A DNA stretch of 64,000 nt from positions 9,420 to 73,419 of the forward strand of contig JBEBFY010000008.1 in NCBI GenBank assembly GCA_040081715.1, given 5' to 3'. The translations under genes were made by a program, and so were the position numbers. Origin of the DNA: Vicinamibacterales bacterium. Lineage in GTDB: Bacteria > Acidobacteriota > Vicinamibacteria > Vicinamibacterales > UBA2999. The notes under the pieces are model-generated. The model saw only the letters and a program-made list of their open reading frames with translations. It did not search any database and was not told the DNA's origin. Below are positions 8,742-18,830 of this stretch, one piece after another; position 1 is the stretch's first letter, and each line of letters begins with the position of its first letter.

Positions 8742-10439
8742 CTAGCGAACCGACGCGGCTTGTCCAGACGGAAGCGCAAACACGTGGATGGCACTTCCCG
8801 GTTTGGGCTGGGGTGCATTCGGCTGAAGCGCGGGCACGTTAATGAGATTCCACGTGGTCCCAGGTCCGGACACGACCGCAATGAACTGCCGTCCTCCAAC
8901 GGAGTAGGAAATCGGGAACCCTTGAGGGGCACCGGTGGTCCGCGTCTCCCAGAGCCTGGCCCCGCTGGCCGCGTCGAACGCGGTAAAGCGACGGCTGTAG
9001 TCGCCAACAAAGACCAGGCCGCCCCCCGTCGTCAGTGCAGCACTGTTGAACGGAGCGGGCTGGCGATGGCGCCACAACAGCCGGCCGGTGGCCTTATCCA
9101 TGGCTACGAACTCGCCGAGGTCCTTCGGACTCGCCGGATGCGGCAACGAGGAACGCGCCGCCGGCCCGGTGCCTCCACCGCCGTCCTCCTGCTTCATCGC
9201 GCCAAACACGGCTTCCGTGCACGTCAGGCTCAGGGGAACATAGAACGCCTTCGTGGCCGGGTGGTAGGCCATTGCCGTCAGGTTCTTGAAGCCACCCGGA
9301 CCCGGGCAATAACTGATCGCCTGATTGAGCTTCGGGATCATCTCGGCGCGATAAAGGGCCTTGCCGCTCGCCGGATCGATCGTGACGAGCGTCTGGTAAC
9401 CGAGGTCGTGCGCGCTCAGGAACCGCCCGCTGCGGCGATCCAGTTCCCACATCACGCCGAGCTTCCCCATCTTGAACAGAGACCGGCGGCCGCCATCGTT
9501 GATGAGAAGGCTCTCAAATACCTCGTCCAGATCGTGCGTCTCGCCAGGCAAGTGCTGGAAGTACCACGCTATCCGCCCCGTATCCGGGTCGAGCGCGAGC
9601 GTCGACCCCGTGTAGAGCGCGTCGCCGTCCGTTCCGCGCTGAACGCGTGTCCAAGGCTTGGCCTGTGCGACACCCCAGTAGATGAGCCGCGCTTCAGGAT
9701 CGTAACTCCCCGGAATCCAGGCATCGCCACCGGCCCGGAAGTTGAGCCCGAGGTTGCCCCAGGTGTCGCCTCCGGGCTCCCCTGGGCGTGCGATCGTCGA
9801 TGTGCGCCACGCTTCCTTCCCGGTCTTGATGTCGTGGGCGGTGATGTAGCACACGTCATCCTTGTAGCGGCCGCATCCGGTGAGGCCGGAAATGGCCTTC
9901 CCCTCGACGGCGATAGCGCCACTCGAGAAGCTGTACCCCTTACGGGTGTCAGCCACCGTCGTTTCCCACACGAGCCTTCCGGTCCGGGCATCCAGCGCCA
10001 GAATGTGCGCATCGACAGTGTTGACAATGATCTTGTCGTCGTAAATCGCCAGGTTCCGGCGGACCACCGCTGGCGTCCGTCGATACTCCCAGCGGGTATC
10101 TCCGGTGACTCCATCAAGGGCCTGCACGACTCCGCCAGGGCTAGCCATATAGATGACGCCCTCGTACGCAATCGGTGCTGCCTGACTGGCCCCGGCCTCA
10201 AGAGTGGCCGACCACACCAGTTGCAGCCCCTTGACGTTCTTCGTCGTGATCTGGGTGAGCGGGCTGAAGCCCCACCCATCGAGAGTGCGCCGCCAGTGCA
10301 GCCAGTCACCTGGGTCAGGGTTCCGCGAAATGGCCTCCGTCACTGGATGGAACGCGGCTTCCGTCGACACTGCCGGCTGAGCGGCGAGCCATCCTAAACC
10401 AGCGATCGTGCCGACGAGAGCCGCGTTCATTCGCATCAT
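8742..10439 (-). CDS. PQQ-dependent dehydrogenase, methanol/ethanol family (8-bladed quinoprotein propeller), exported
   Basis: Signal peptide followed by NPDPGDWLHWRRTLDGWGFSPLTQIT..NVKGLQLVWS and repeated ALDA.TG...W propeller motifs. The vicinal Cys-Cys of classical MDH/ADH is not visible. Confidence 0.8.
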   Translation of the reverse strand: MMRMNAALVGTIAGLGWLAAQPAVSTEAAFHPVTEAISRNPDPGDWLHWRRTLDGWGFSPLTQITTKNVKGLQLVWSATLEAGASQAAPIAYEGVIYMASPGGVVQALDGVTGDTRWEYRRTPAVVRRNLAIYDDKIIVNTVDAHILALDARTGRLVWETTVADTRKGYSFSSGAIAVEGKAISGLTGCGRYKDDVCYITAHDIKTGKEAWRTSTIARPGEPGGDTWGNLGLNFRAGGDAWIPGSYDPEARLIYWGVAQAKPWTRVQRGTDGDALYTGSTLALDPDTGRIAWYFQHLPGETHDLDEVFESLLINDGGRRSLFKMGKLGVMWELDRRSGRFLSAHDLGYQTLVTIDPASGKALYRAEMIPKLNQAISYCPGPGGFKNLTAMAYHPATKAFYVPLSLTCTEAVFGAMKQEDGGGGTGPAARSSLPHPASPKDLGEFVAMDKATGRLLWRHRQPAPFNSAALTTGGGLVFVGDYSRRFTAFDAASGARLWETRTTGAPQGFPISYSVGGRQFIAVVSGPGTTWNLINVPALQPNAPQPKPGSAIHVFALPSGQAASVR

Positions 10440-10444
10440 GCGTC

Positions 10445-13387
10445 CTAGAAGTTCAGTTGCGCGCTGAACTTGACCAGACGCGGATACGACAGTGACGTGG
10501 GGACGAGCCAGGAACTGCCATTGGTCCCATAGGCACTGTTCAGCTGCAGCGGGGTATTGATGTTGCCCGCGTTGTACATGTCGAACATCGCCTTGATGCG
10601 CGCCCTGCCGATCACGATGTTCCTGGCGATTCGAAGGTCGACCTGAGTCACCTGATCGCCGTACCGCGTGCCAGGCTGAACCAGGTTCACCGTGGCCGTC
10701 GCTCCCGACGACAGATTCCTGCCGAGGGACGGCGCGACTTGCGCGTTCGTGAAAGTCGCCGCAGCCGTCAGCGCCGGTCCATTGAAGCTCTGAAAGGTCC
10801 CTGACGCCTCAATCTGCCACGGCAGCGTGACCGATGCCCCCAGCTTCACTTGCGTCAACATCGGCGTCGCCTGTTTGCAGTAGAGCGGGCTGGGGTTGTC
10901 CAGGTTGGCCACCACCTCGCAGTTATCCGAGGTCGTCTTCCCGGTGCTCACACCGCCCTGGAGCATCAGGCCCTTCGTCAGGCGTGTCTGCACCGCCACG
11001 TCAACCCCGTCCCAATGTTCGGTCTGCGTCCCATACTTGGCGGACGACGTGATGATGTTGTTGATCTGTCCCACCTTCGCCGGCTTCAGGTCGTAGAGGC
11101 CGCAGATCTGTTGCGCACCGCCGTTAGGCAGGCGGGCATCAGACGGCGTCGTCACGCAGTAGGGGTCGAAGTCGGCGGCTCCAATCGCCAGGTTGTCGGT
11201 CACCTCGAAGTTCCCGTACCAGCGGCGGAAATAGCCGACGTTAAGGGCCACGCCAGAGGCAAGCTGGTGCTGCACGGACGCCGACGACTCCCAGTTATAG
11301 CTACGGTTGCCGAAGCCGATCGCGTAATCCGGGTCGTACCGGTTGGCCAGTACGGGCGTTCCGAAGAGACGATTCTGGCTGACGCCCAGCTCTCCGTTCG
11401 CCGCCGGGTTCAGCGGATCGCCTTGGACGATGAAGTCGCCGTTCGGATCGGTCCACACCCGCGTCATGCTGACGTTCGACCGCACCGGATTCTGAAGAAG
11501 GCCCTGCTGAATGACGTAGCGGCTGACACTGGCCTTGACGGCCGTCTTGCCGTTCCCGAACAGATCAAACGCCACACCGGCGCGCGGGCTAAGGTCACTC
11601 CACGAGACGAGCGTGGCCCCCGGGAAGTCGCGAGCGACTGGCACGTACTGGACCGGTTCCAGATGCATGTCTGGATAGCCTTGCTGATAGGCGTCGTAAC
11701 GAAGGCCCAGGTTCAGCGTCATCCGGCGGATTGTCCACTGATCCTGTGCAAAGAGCGCCGCCTGCCGCATGTCCGCCTTCGTCGTAAACGGCGTCGAATA
11801 GTACGTCACCGACACTGGTCGGTAGTTCACCGTGTTGAATGTTGTGTTGTCGTACACCACCGGAGTCTGGCTGTTCCACCCCATACGGTATGACGCGCCA
11901 ACCTTCAGGGCGTGAGTGCCCGTGACGTACGAGACGGAGCCCTTCACCTGCGGTGTCCAGTTCACATCCTTATAGAAGCCGGTATTGAAGTAGATGGGCG
12001 CACGATAGGCGGTGCCTGTGGTTGCCTCGCGAATCGAGGGTGCCTTCGGCGTCACGTAGTAGTCGTACCCTTTCGACTGCCGGGTTGCCGCGCCGGCCAC
12101 CTCGATGAGAAACCGGCTTGTGTAGGGCGCAGTCCAATTCACCTGGGGCACGCTCCCAGACCGGGGCGACATGCTCGCTGCCTCAGGCGTGTAGATGGTT
12201 CCGTTGAAGAGACCTGTTCCGAATGGACACTGGCAGAGCCGGTTGTATACATACAGGAGCGAGAGCTTGTTCTTCTCACTGACCTGCCACGTCACACGCA
12301 GGCTCGCGTCATGCGTCAACTCGCCGCTCGTCGCCCGCCTGGAGAGATCCGACACCGGCTGCCACGCTGCGATATCACTGTTGAAGTAGGCGTTGGCCTT
12401 GTACCGCTCGTTCACCATGCGTGAATACCCGGCGTAGAACCAGACCTTGTCCTTGGCCAGCGGCCCCCCGAACGAGGGATTCACCGTCCAGAGCGACTTT
12501 ATGCTGTCGGGTGTCCTCACGCCTCTCGCCCGCAATGCGTCGGTGAAGTTCGATGACTGCAGGGAACCTCCGCTGACGGTTGCGAACAGACTACCCACGT
12601 AACGATTGCCGCCCTCCTTCGGAATCATGTTGATGCGGACACCGCCCGTTTCTGTCTCCGCAGAATTTGCCGAAAACTCCATGGCATATTCCTGGACATT
12701 CCCGTCCTGAAGATTCATGAACGACCGGGACTGCTGTCCGGAGAATACGTTCAGGATGAGGCCGTTGAGTTCGACGTACGTATCGCCGGCCCGCCCGCCG
12801 TGCGCGGCCAAGGACGCGAACGCGTCGACTCCCACCGCACCGCCGCTCCCTGTGGACGCGGTCGAAGTCGACCCGCCGTTGTAGTACTGAACTCCAGGGA
12901 CGAGCGTCGCCACCTCGGCATACGACCGCCCGGACGGCAACGTCTCCACGACATCTCGGGTCATGACAACCTGGCGATTGATGTTCTGCACATCGACGAT
13001 GGGCGCAGCACCGGTCACGCTCACCGTCTCCTCGACGCCACCCACGCGCAGGTCGGCATTCACCGCGGCGGTGAATCCCGTGGTGAGAGCGACACCCTCA
13101 CGCTTGACCGTGGAGAAGCCGGAGAGACTGAAGCTGACCGTGTACATCCCAGGCGGGAGAGCCACGATCTTGTACTGACCCGCGCCGTCCGACGCGACCG
13201 ACCGGGTCTTCTCGATCAGGGCATCGCTCGACGCCTCGACCGTAACTCCTGGCAGGACGGCGCCAGTCGCATCCTTCACGACTCCGGAAATCGCTGCACT
13301 ACCCTGAGCCATGACCGGTGCCACGGCGGCAGTCAGCAGTCCTGCCACCAGTGCCGCCCGGACACCCCATCCCACTATCCTGTTCAT
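10445..13387 (-). CDS. TonB-dependent receptor-like outer-membrane protein with N-terminal carboxypeptidase-regulatory-like domain
   Basis: Signal peptide followed by a CarboxypepD_reg domain (ISGVVKDATGAVLPGVTVEA...GQYKIVALPPGMYTVSFSLSGF). A long beta-barrel region ends in the aromatic terminus ...KFSAQLNF. Confidence 0.85.
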   Translation of the reverse strand: MNRIVGWGVRAALVAGLLTAAVAPVMAQGSAAISGVVKDATGAVLPGVTVEASSDALIEKTRSVASDGAGQYKIVALPPGMYTVSFSLSGFSTVKREGVALTTGFTAAVNADLRVGGVEETVSVTGAAPIVDVQNINRQVVMTRDVVETLPSGRSYAEVATLVPGVQYYNGGSTSTASTGSGGAVGVDAFASLAAHGGRAGDTYVELNGLILNVFSGQQSRSFMNLQDGNVQEYAMEFSANSAETETGGVRINMIPKEGGNRYVGSLFATVSGGSLQSSNFTDALRARGVRTPDSIKSLWTVNPSFGGPLAKDKVWFYAGYSRMVNERYKANAYFNSDIAAWQPVSDLSRRATSGELTHDASLRVTWQVSEKNKLSLLYVYNRLCQCPFGTGLFNGTIYTPEAASMSPRSGSVPQVNWTAPYTSRFLIEVAGAATRQSKGYDYYVTPKAPSIREATTGTAYRAPIYFNTGFYKDVNWTPQVKGSVSYVTGTHALKVGASYRMGWNSQTPVVYDNTTFNTVNYRPVSVTYYSTPFTTKADMRQAALFAQDQWTIRRMTLNLGLRYDAYQQGYPDMHLEPVQYVPVARDFPGATLVSWSDLSPRAGVAFDLFGNGKTAVKASVSRYVIQQGLLQNPVRSNVSMTRVWTDPNGDFIVQGDPLNPAANGELGVSQNRLFGTPVLANRYDPDYAIGFGNRSYNWESSASVQHQLASGVALNVGYFRRWYGNFEVTDNLAIGAADFDPYCVTTPSDARLPNGGAQQICGLYDLKPAKVGQINNIITSSAKYGTQTEHWDGVDVAVQTRLTKGLMLQGGVSTGKTTSDNCEVVANLDNPSPLYCKQATPMLTQVKLGASVTLPWQIEASGTFQSFNGPALTAAATFTNAQVAPSLGRNLSSGATATVNLVQPGTRYGDQVTQVDLRIARNIVIGRARIKAMFDMYNAGNINTPLQLNSAYGTNGSSWLVPTSLSYPRLVKFSAQLNF

Positions 13388-13450
13388 CCTCTGACTCCTC
13401 GTCGGTGAAGAAAGGCGCGGCGACTCCGCCGCGCACGTCGTGCATCTCTG

Positions 13451-14935
13451 TTACGGCGTTGCCCCAAGCGAACGCAGCAGATCGGCCGCACTGACCCGGC
13501 CGTTCCGTGTCTGACCTCTGGCTATCGCGAGTGGAGTCTTCCCCTGCTTGTTTCGCATATCCAGCCTGGCTCCTGCCTTCACCAGTAACTGGATCACGTC
13601 GTTCCAGCCCTTTGACGCCGACCCATGCAGCGCCGTGTCGCCAATAGAATTCACCGCGTTGACGTCACTGCCCGCCTTGGCCAGCAGCGATACGAGCTCG
13701 ACGCCGGCCGATTCGTCATCTCCGGCAGCCACCGTCTCTGGTCGCAGCCCCCCGGCATCCACCCGCAGGCCGGCTGCCAACATCAGCGCGGTGGTGCCAT
13801 CCCGCGCCATCAGGGTGGCGTCAGCTCCCGCGGCCAGAAGCAGACGGGCAATCTCAACTTCGCCAAGCCTGGCGGCCAGGCCAAGGGGCGTCGTCCCGGC
13901 AAGGGCATCCGGGAGCGCATAGTCCGCGCCATAGCGCGTCATGCCCGTGCCACCCGTGATGCGCACATTGGCGTCGGCGTGATGTCTCAATAAGAGACGG
14001 GCCGCATCAACACTGCCGCGGAGAGTAGCGGCGTGAAGCGCCGCGTAGCCACCCGCGACCACATTCGGATTCGCGCCCTTGTCGAGAAGCAGAGCCACCA
14101 GGCCCGCGTGGCCACTGTGCGTTGCGGTTGTCAACGCGGTTACACCGTCGGCACTCGCCTCATCCGGCGAGGCGCCACGGGCCAGGAGAAGCGCCGCAGA
14201 CTCGGCGTCCCCGACGCGTGCCGCAAACATCAGCGGGGTAAATCCGCCTCGCTTGACTTCGATCGTCCGTGGCGTGGTCCGGCGCTGCATGTTGTTGAAG
14301 GGGTCGGCCGTGTTCACGCGCACCGATGTCACGGCGGTTCGCGCCCCTATGTCCGCTCCGCGATCGAGCAACAGTGCGACGACACCGGGATGCCGCTGCG
14401 CCACGGCCCACATGAGGGCGGTCTGCCGGCGGTGCTTCTCGTCGTGATTGACGTCGGCGCCTGCCGACAGCAGTGCCTTGACCGCATCCACCTTCCCGGT
14501 TCGAGACGCCGTCATCAAGGGCGTCTCGCCGTTGACCAACTCGGCATTCGGGTCTGCGCCCGCCTTCACCAGCACTGCCACAACCGAGGCACTGCCGTTC
14601 TCCGCCGCGAGGAACAGCGGCGTGGCGCCAAGGTCTGTGCGGGCGGAGGCGTGAGCCCCGGCTCCGAGCAGTGCCGTGACAGTTCCCTTGTCGTCCCAGT
14701 GCGCAGCCCAATGGAGCGCAGTGGTCCCGTCAGGACCCGCAGCGTTCACGTCGGCGCCCGCTTTTGCGAGCGCACGCACCGTTGTCGTATCACGCTGCCT
14801 GGCAGCACTCAGGACGGTCGCCTCCTCGGCGCCCACAGGCTGGCCCATGGTGGCAGCAAGCACGGCAAGAGCCATTACGGAGGGCGCCGCACAGAAGGAG
14901 GCGCGTTGAAAAGGGGGCCTGCGTCGAGTCGTCAT
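13451..14935 (-). CDS. Exported ankyrin-repeat protein
   Basis: Signal peptide plus about 12 repeats of the G.TALH.AA..G....V..LL..GAD.N type. Confidence 0.9.
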   Translation of the reverse strand: MTTRRRPPFQRASFCAAPSVMALAVLAATMGQPVGAEEATVLSAARQRDTTTVRALAKAGADVNAAGPDGTTALHWAAHWDDKGTVTALLGAGAHASARTDLGATPLFLAAENGSASVVAVLVKAGADPNAELVNGETPLMTASRTGKVDAVKALLSAGADVNHDEKHRRQTALMWAVAQRHPGVVALLLDRGADIGARTAVTSVRVNTADPFNNMQRRTTPRTIEVKRGGFTPLMFAARVGDAESAALLLARGASPDEASADGVTALTTATHSGHAGLVALLLDKGANPNVVAGGYAALHAATLRGSVDAARLLLRHHADANVRITGGTGMTRYGADYALPDALAGTTPLGLAARLGEVEIARLLLAAGADATLMARDGTTALMLAAGLRVDAGGLRPETVAAGDDESAGVELVSLLAKAGSDVNAVNSIGDTALHGSASKGWNDVIQLLVKAGARLDMRNKQGKTPLAIARGQTRNGRVSAADLLRSLGATP

Positions 14936-14944
14936 TCTGATGAA

Positions 14945-16276
14945 TCAGACCCCTGCCAGGGATCCTGTGCTGTTCCCGAACACGTCGGTCCGCACGCCGA
15001 GCTTGTCGAGCAGCGCCACATGCAGGTTGGCCAAAGGCGTTTCGTCCGGGTACTGCAGATGCCGCGCGACCGGGAGCTGGCCGGTCCCGCCCCCGACGAC
15101 GACGATGGGAAGGTTTGAGTGGCTGTGGGCGTTGCCGTCGCTCATGCCGGAGCCATACAGCAGCATGACGTGATCCAGGAGCGTGCCATCCCCCTCCTGA
15201 GTGGCACCCAGCCTGTCGACGAAATAGGCAAACAGCGAGACATGAAACGTATTGATGCGGCTCAAGCGTTCCAGCTTCACGGGGTCATTCTCATGGTGCG
15301 ACGTCGGGTGATGGGCATCTGGTGCGCCGACTTCGGGGTACGCCCTGCCACTGAATTCCCGGCCGATCATGAACGTGACCACTCGCGTCAGGTCAGCCTG
15401 ATACGCAAGCACCTGGAGGTCGAACATCAGCTTGGCGTGCTCCTCGAAGGTCGACGGGATGCCGGCGGGTTGGACCAGCGTCGGCAACTCGCGGGCGCTC
15501 TGCTCCTCCGCGCGTTGGATACGGCGCTCGACGTCACTGATGGCGTCCGTGTACTCAGCGAGTTTCGTGCGGTCGGATGGCCCAAGTGTCCTGGACAGCC
15601 GGCCGATCTTCTCCGTCACCGAGTCAAGGATGCTTCGCTCGTTCTGAATTCGCTCCAGCCTCGCCGCCTGACTCGTGCTGCCCGTTGCGCCGAACAGACG
15701 CCCGAACACCGCACGCGGGTTGTTCTCCATCGGAAGGGGTGTCTTGGCTCCGCGCCAGGCGACCGTGTTGGTGTACGCGCAGCTGAAGCCGATGTCGCAC
15801 GTGCCAGCCTCCGCTGACTCGAGGCCCAACTCAAGAGACGCGAGCTGCGTCGCCTGCCCAAACTCCCGCGCGGCGAGTTGATCCATCGAAATTCCCGCCT
15901 CGACCGCGGATCCCTGTGTGTTTCTGGGGTTGGCACTGGTGAGGAACTTCGTGCTCGCACTGGCGTGCACGCCACTGTTCTTGGGTAGACCAGCGGTGCT
16001 GAGCCCCGTAAAGACGCTCGTCTGGGCCCGATGAGCCGAGAGAGGCTTTAAGGTCGACGGCAACTCGTAGGCCGTCCCCGTCACAGCGGGCGTCCACCGG
16101 GCCATCCAGATCCCGTTCGGGACATAGATTGCCCCCAGGCGGCGCGGCGTCGCGGCAGCCAAGGCACGCGCCTCGCCGAAAGCGGGAACCATGCTGTCCA
16201 GCAAGGGGAGTGCCAGTACGGCACCTGCGCCCCTAAGGACGGTCCGCCTCGACAAGGCCTTGCGCGTGACAATCAT
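14945..16276 (-). CDS. DUF1552 domain protein (Tat-exported)
   Basis: Twin-arginine leader (KALSRRTVLRGAGAVLALPLL) and family-typical motifs. The start overlaps the stop of the upstream DUF1592 gene. Confidence 0.8.
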   Translation of the reverse strand: MIVTRKALSRRTVLRGAGAVLALPLLDSMVPAFGEARALAAATPRRLGAIYVPNGIWMARWTPAVTGTAYELPSTLKPLSAHRAQTSVFTGLSTAGLPKNSGVHASASTKFLTSANPRNTQGSAVEAGISMDQLAAREFGQATQLASLELGLESAEAGTCDIGFSCAYTNTVAWRGAKTPLPMENNPRAVFGRLFGATGSTSQAARLERIQNERSILDSVTEKIGRLSRTLGPSDRTKLAEYTDAISDVERRIQRAEEQSARELPTLVQPAGIPSTFEEHAKLMFDLQVLAYQADLTRVVTFMIGREFSGRAYPEVGAPDAHHPTSHHENDPVKLERLSRINTFHVSLFAYFVDRLGATQEGDGTLLDHVMLLYGSGMSDGNAHSHSNLPIVVVGGGTGQLPVARHLQYPDETPLANLHVALLDKLGVRTDVFGNSTGSLAGV

Positions 16277-18720
16277 TCGGACCTCCGCATCTGAAACGGT
16301 ACGCTCTTCACGACAGCGAGCACGATGGCGGACCAGCGGTCGTTCCTGGCGGCTACGTCCCGCGTGATGGCCCGGACCGTCGGCATGTCGTACGACTCAA
16401 GGCCCCGGCCAAGCGCATAGGTGAGCATCTTCTCGATCGCCGTTCGCACGAGATCTTCACGACGACTCACGAGGAACGCCCGCAGTCCCTCGACACCGTT
16501 GAACGTGGTCCCGTCTGGAAACGACGCGTTCGCGTCGATCCGTGTTCCGCCGTCACCGGTCACTCGCCAGCGGCCCGTCGCATCGAAGTTCTCCAGCGCG
16601 AAGCCCAGCGGATCCATCCGGACATGGCACGATGCGCACACGGGGTTTCTTCGATGCTGCTCCATTCGCTCACGGATGGACGCTGGCCGGCCATTCTCGC
16701 CCTGCTCCTTCAACGCCGGGACGTTCGCTGGTGGAGGCGGGGGCGGTGTGCCGAGCACGTTCTCCAGAAGCCAGCGTCCTCGCAGCACGGGTGATGTGCG
16801 GTTGGGATAGGCCGTCACCGTGAGGAGGCTGCCCTGGCCGAGGAGCCCGTGACGGGCCTCAGCGTCAAGGGTGACTCTGCGAAAGTGGCTGCCGTAGACG
16901 TTCGGAATTCCATAGTGCCTGGCCAGCCGTTCATTCACGAAGGTGTAGTTGGCCGTCAGCAAATCCGCGACGCTATGGTCGTCCCGCAGTTGACTGCTTA
17001 TGAACAGGCGCGTTTCCTGCTCGAGGGCATCGCGGAGATTCTCATCAAAGTCCGGGAAGCTATCGGGATCAGGCAACACGCTTCGCAGCTGCCGCAGCGA
17101 GAACCACTGCGCCGCGAAGCTATCCACCAGCGTGTCCGACCGGACGTCGGCAAGCATCCGGCGCACCTGTGCGTCGAGGGTGCCAGGCGTTCGTAGCCGG
17201 CCCGTAGCTGCGAGATTGCGGAGTTCCTGGTCAGGGATCGAACTCCACAGAAAAAACGAGAGCCTCGAGGCCAGCTCGAGATCGGTCAGCCGGTGGCTTC
17301 TCGCCGGCTCGGCCCGATCGCGCTCGATCCTGAAGACAAACTCAGGGTCGGCCAGCAAGCGCTCCAATCCTGCGCGGACTCCGGCTTCGAACCCTCCACG
17401 ACTGGCACCCGCCCGGTAGAACGCCATCAGGGTCTGCTCATCATCAGGCGTGGCGGGCCGACGGAACGCCTGAGTCGCCAGATTCATCAGAATTCGTCGC
17501 GCACATCCGTTCTCCTGCTGCGCACTCGCGGGCTGGCAGATGAAGATGCGCCGGCGGCTTGGCGTGTCACCGGTCCCGGAAGCCCCTTCCGGGCCGAGCA
17601 CCGCGAGGCTATCGACAGCGGGGCCCGAGTTGCCCCTCGGAGAACTCACCGCTTCGTTTACGGCGTAGCCAAACGGGGGAAGGTCCGGCTGAAGGATGCC
17701 TTCAGGCTCCCCAATGCGTCGCACGAATGACACGCTCACGGTCCTGGTGCCGGCACGAATGGGCACGCGCACATCCAGAGCGCTGTCCCCACGCAGCATG
17801 TAGTCTTCCCACTCGGGGTCCCCGGCGATATTGCCAGCGAAGGTGACAGGCGGCGCTGGCCCCCGCTGCGCCCCACCCACTTGCAGCCGAGCCACGAGTG
17901 CGCCATCGACGCGCAATTCAAGGTCCGATGGTTCGTCGAACGCACGGATATATCCGTACATCGTGCGGCGCAGCCTAATCTTGCAGACGTACGCACCATC
18001 CAACGGGAAGTGGTGCCGCACTGACAGCCCGCCGCGCGAGCCAAATGGCACGTCCTCGCCTGCGCGGTCGTCCTGATATAGCCCCTTCGAGACCGAGTAG
18101 GTCTGAGAAGCACTCCCGGGCGGCGCCCCGGGATCGCCGACCGCCGCACGGCTGATCACGAGCGCGGCATTCAGGTACTGATCGAGCAGCACCGGTGACA
18201 CCGACAGGACGCCGGCGATGTTGTCGAAACCGCGATCGGAATCGTCCACTGCAAGCAGACTGCGGGCATCGACCTCCAGACTGAGCAGGTCACGAATGGC
18301 GTTGACGTACTCGGTCCGGTTCATGCGGTGCGGAGGCACCCGACCGGCATCGGGATTGGCGGCGGCGGCCCGGTCGAGCGATGCCTCCAGATAACCCACG
18401 AACGCCTGGGCAGCATCGCTATCCGGCTGTTTCGCCTGGGGCGGCGGCATCGAGCGCCCCCGCAGCTTGCGGGCAACCCGCTCCCATATATCCGGCCGTA
18501 TTTCGGGGCGGGCTGGATCCTCACCCTCAAGACTCAAGCCAGATGTCTTGAGCCTGTTGTTGTGGCAGGTGACGCAATAAGTGTTGACGAATGCTCCACG
18601 TCCCGCAGTGTCAGCCAACGCGCCTTGCGTGACTATTGCCTGTGCACGCGGGGGACCAGAGGGAGCAAGTCCGGGCGCAACGGCAAGCAAGGCAACGGCG
18701 GCGGCAGCCAGCGAAGACAC
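16273..18720 (-). CDS. DUF1592/DUF1588/DUF1585/DUF1587/DUF1595 multidomain protein with c-type haem-binding motifs
   Basis: 815 aa with a signal peptide, an N-terminal CVTCHNNRL and a C-terminal NPVCASCHVRMDPLGFALENFD. This is the usual partner of DUF1552. Confidence 0.8.
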   Translation of the reverse strand: MSSLAAAAVALLAVAPGLAPSGPPRAQAIVTQGALADTAGRGAFVNTYCVTCHNNRLKTSGLSLEGEDPARPEIRPDIWERVARKLRGRSMPPPQAKQPDSDAAQAFVGYLEASLDRAAAANPDAGRVPPHRMNRTEYVNAIRDLLSLEVDARSLLAVDDSDRGFDNIAGVLSVSPVLLDQYLNAALVISRAAVGDPGAPPGSASQTYSVSKGLYQDDRAGEDVPFGSRGGLSVRHHFPLDGAYVCKIRLRRTMYGYIRAFDEPSDLELRVDGALVARLQVGGAQRGPAPPVTFAGNIAGDPEWEDYMLRGDSALDVRVPIRAGTRTVSVSFVRRIGEPEGILQPDLPPFGYAVNEAVSSPRGNSGPAVDSLAVLGPEGASGTGDTPSRRRIFICQPASAQQENGCARRILMNLATQAFRRPATPDDEQTLMAFYRAGASRGGFEAGVRAGLERLLADPEFVFRIERDRAEPARSHRLTDLELASRLSFFLWSSIPDQELRNLAATGRLRTPGTLDAQVRRMLADVRSDTLVDSFAAQWFSLRQLRSVLPDPDSFPDFDENLRDALEQETRLFISSQLRDDHSVADLLTANYTFVNERLARHYGIPNVYGSHFRRVTLDAEARHGLLGQGSLLTVTAYPNRTSPVLRGRWLLENVLGTPPPPPPANVPALKEQGENGRPASIRERMEQHRRNPVCASCHVRMDPLGFALENFDATGRWRVTGDGGTRIDANASFPDGTTFNGVEGLRAFLVSRREDLVRTAIEKMLTYALGRGLESYDMPTVRAITRDVAARNDRWSAIVLAVVKSVPFQMRRSE

Positions 18721-18830
18721 GCCAAGATTCTAGGAGGGAACCGCTGCCGCCCGGCGCGCCAACTGCAATCCACTGCTACTCTTGGTATCCACAGCTACCA
18801 AGGTTCTGGTAGAACCCAACTGTCGCCCCA

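Noticed and set aside
8760-10397. Long antisense or out-of-frame ORFs inside real genes. Examples: 8760..10397(+), 10850..11893(+), 23535..25229(-), 25070..26296(-), 39932..41236(+), 41479..42804(-), 52083..53852(+), 55015..56103(+), 56704..58440(+), 58229..59539(+), 59504..61042(-), 59530..61257(+), 61039..62652(-), 32815..34026(+).
   Set aside because: These are typical high-GC shadow ORFs: Arg/Gly/Pro/His-rich translations without family motifs, each fully overlapped by a gene with a strong signature on the other strand or frame.
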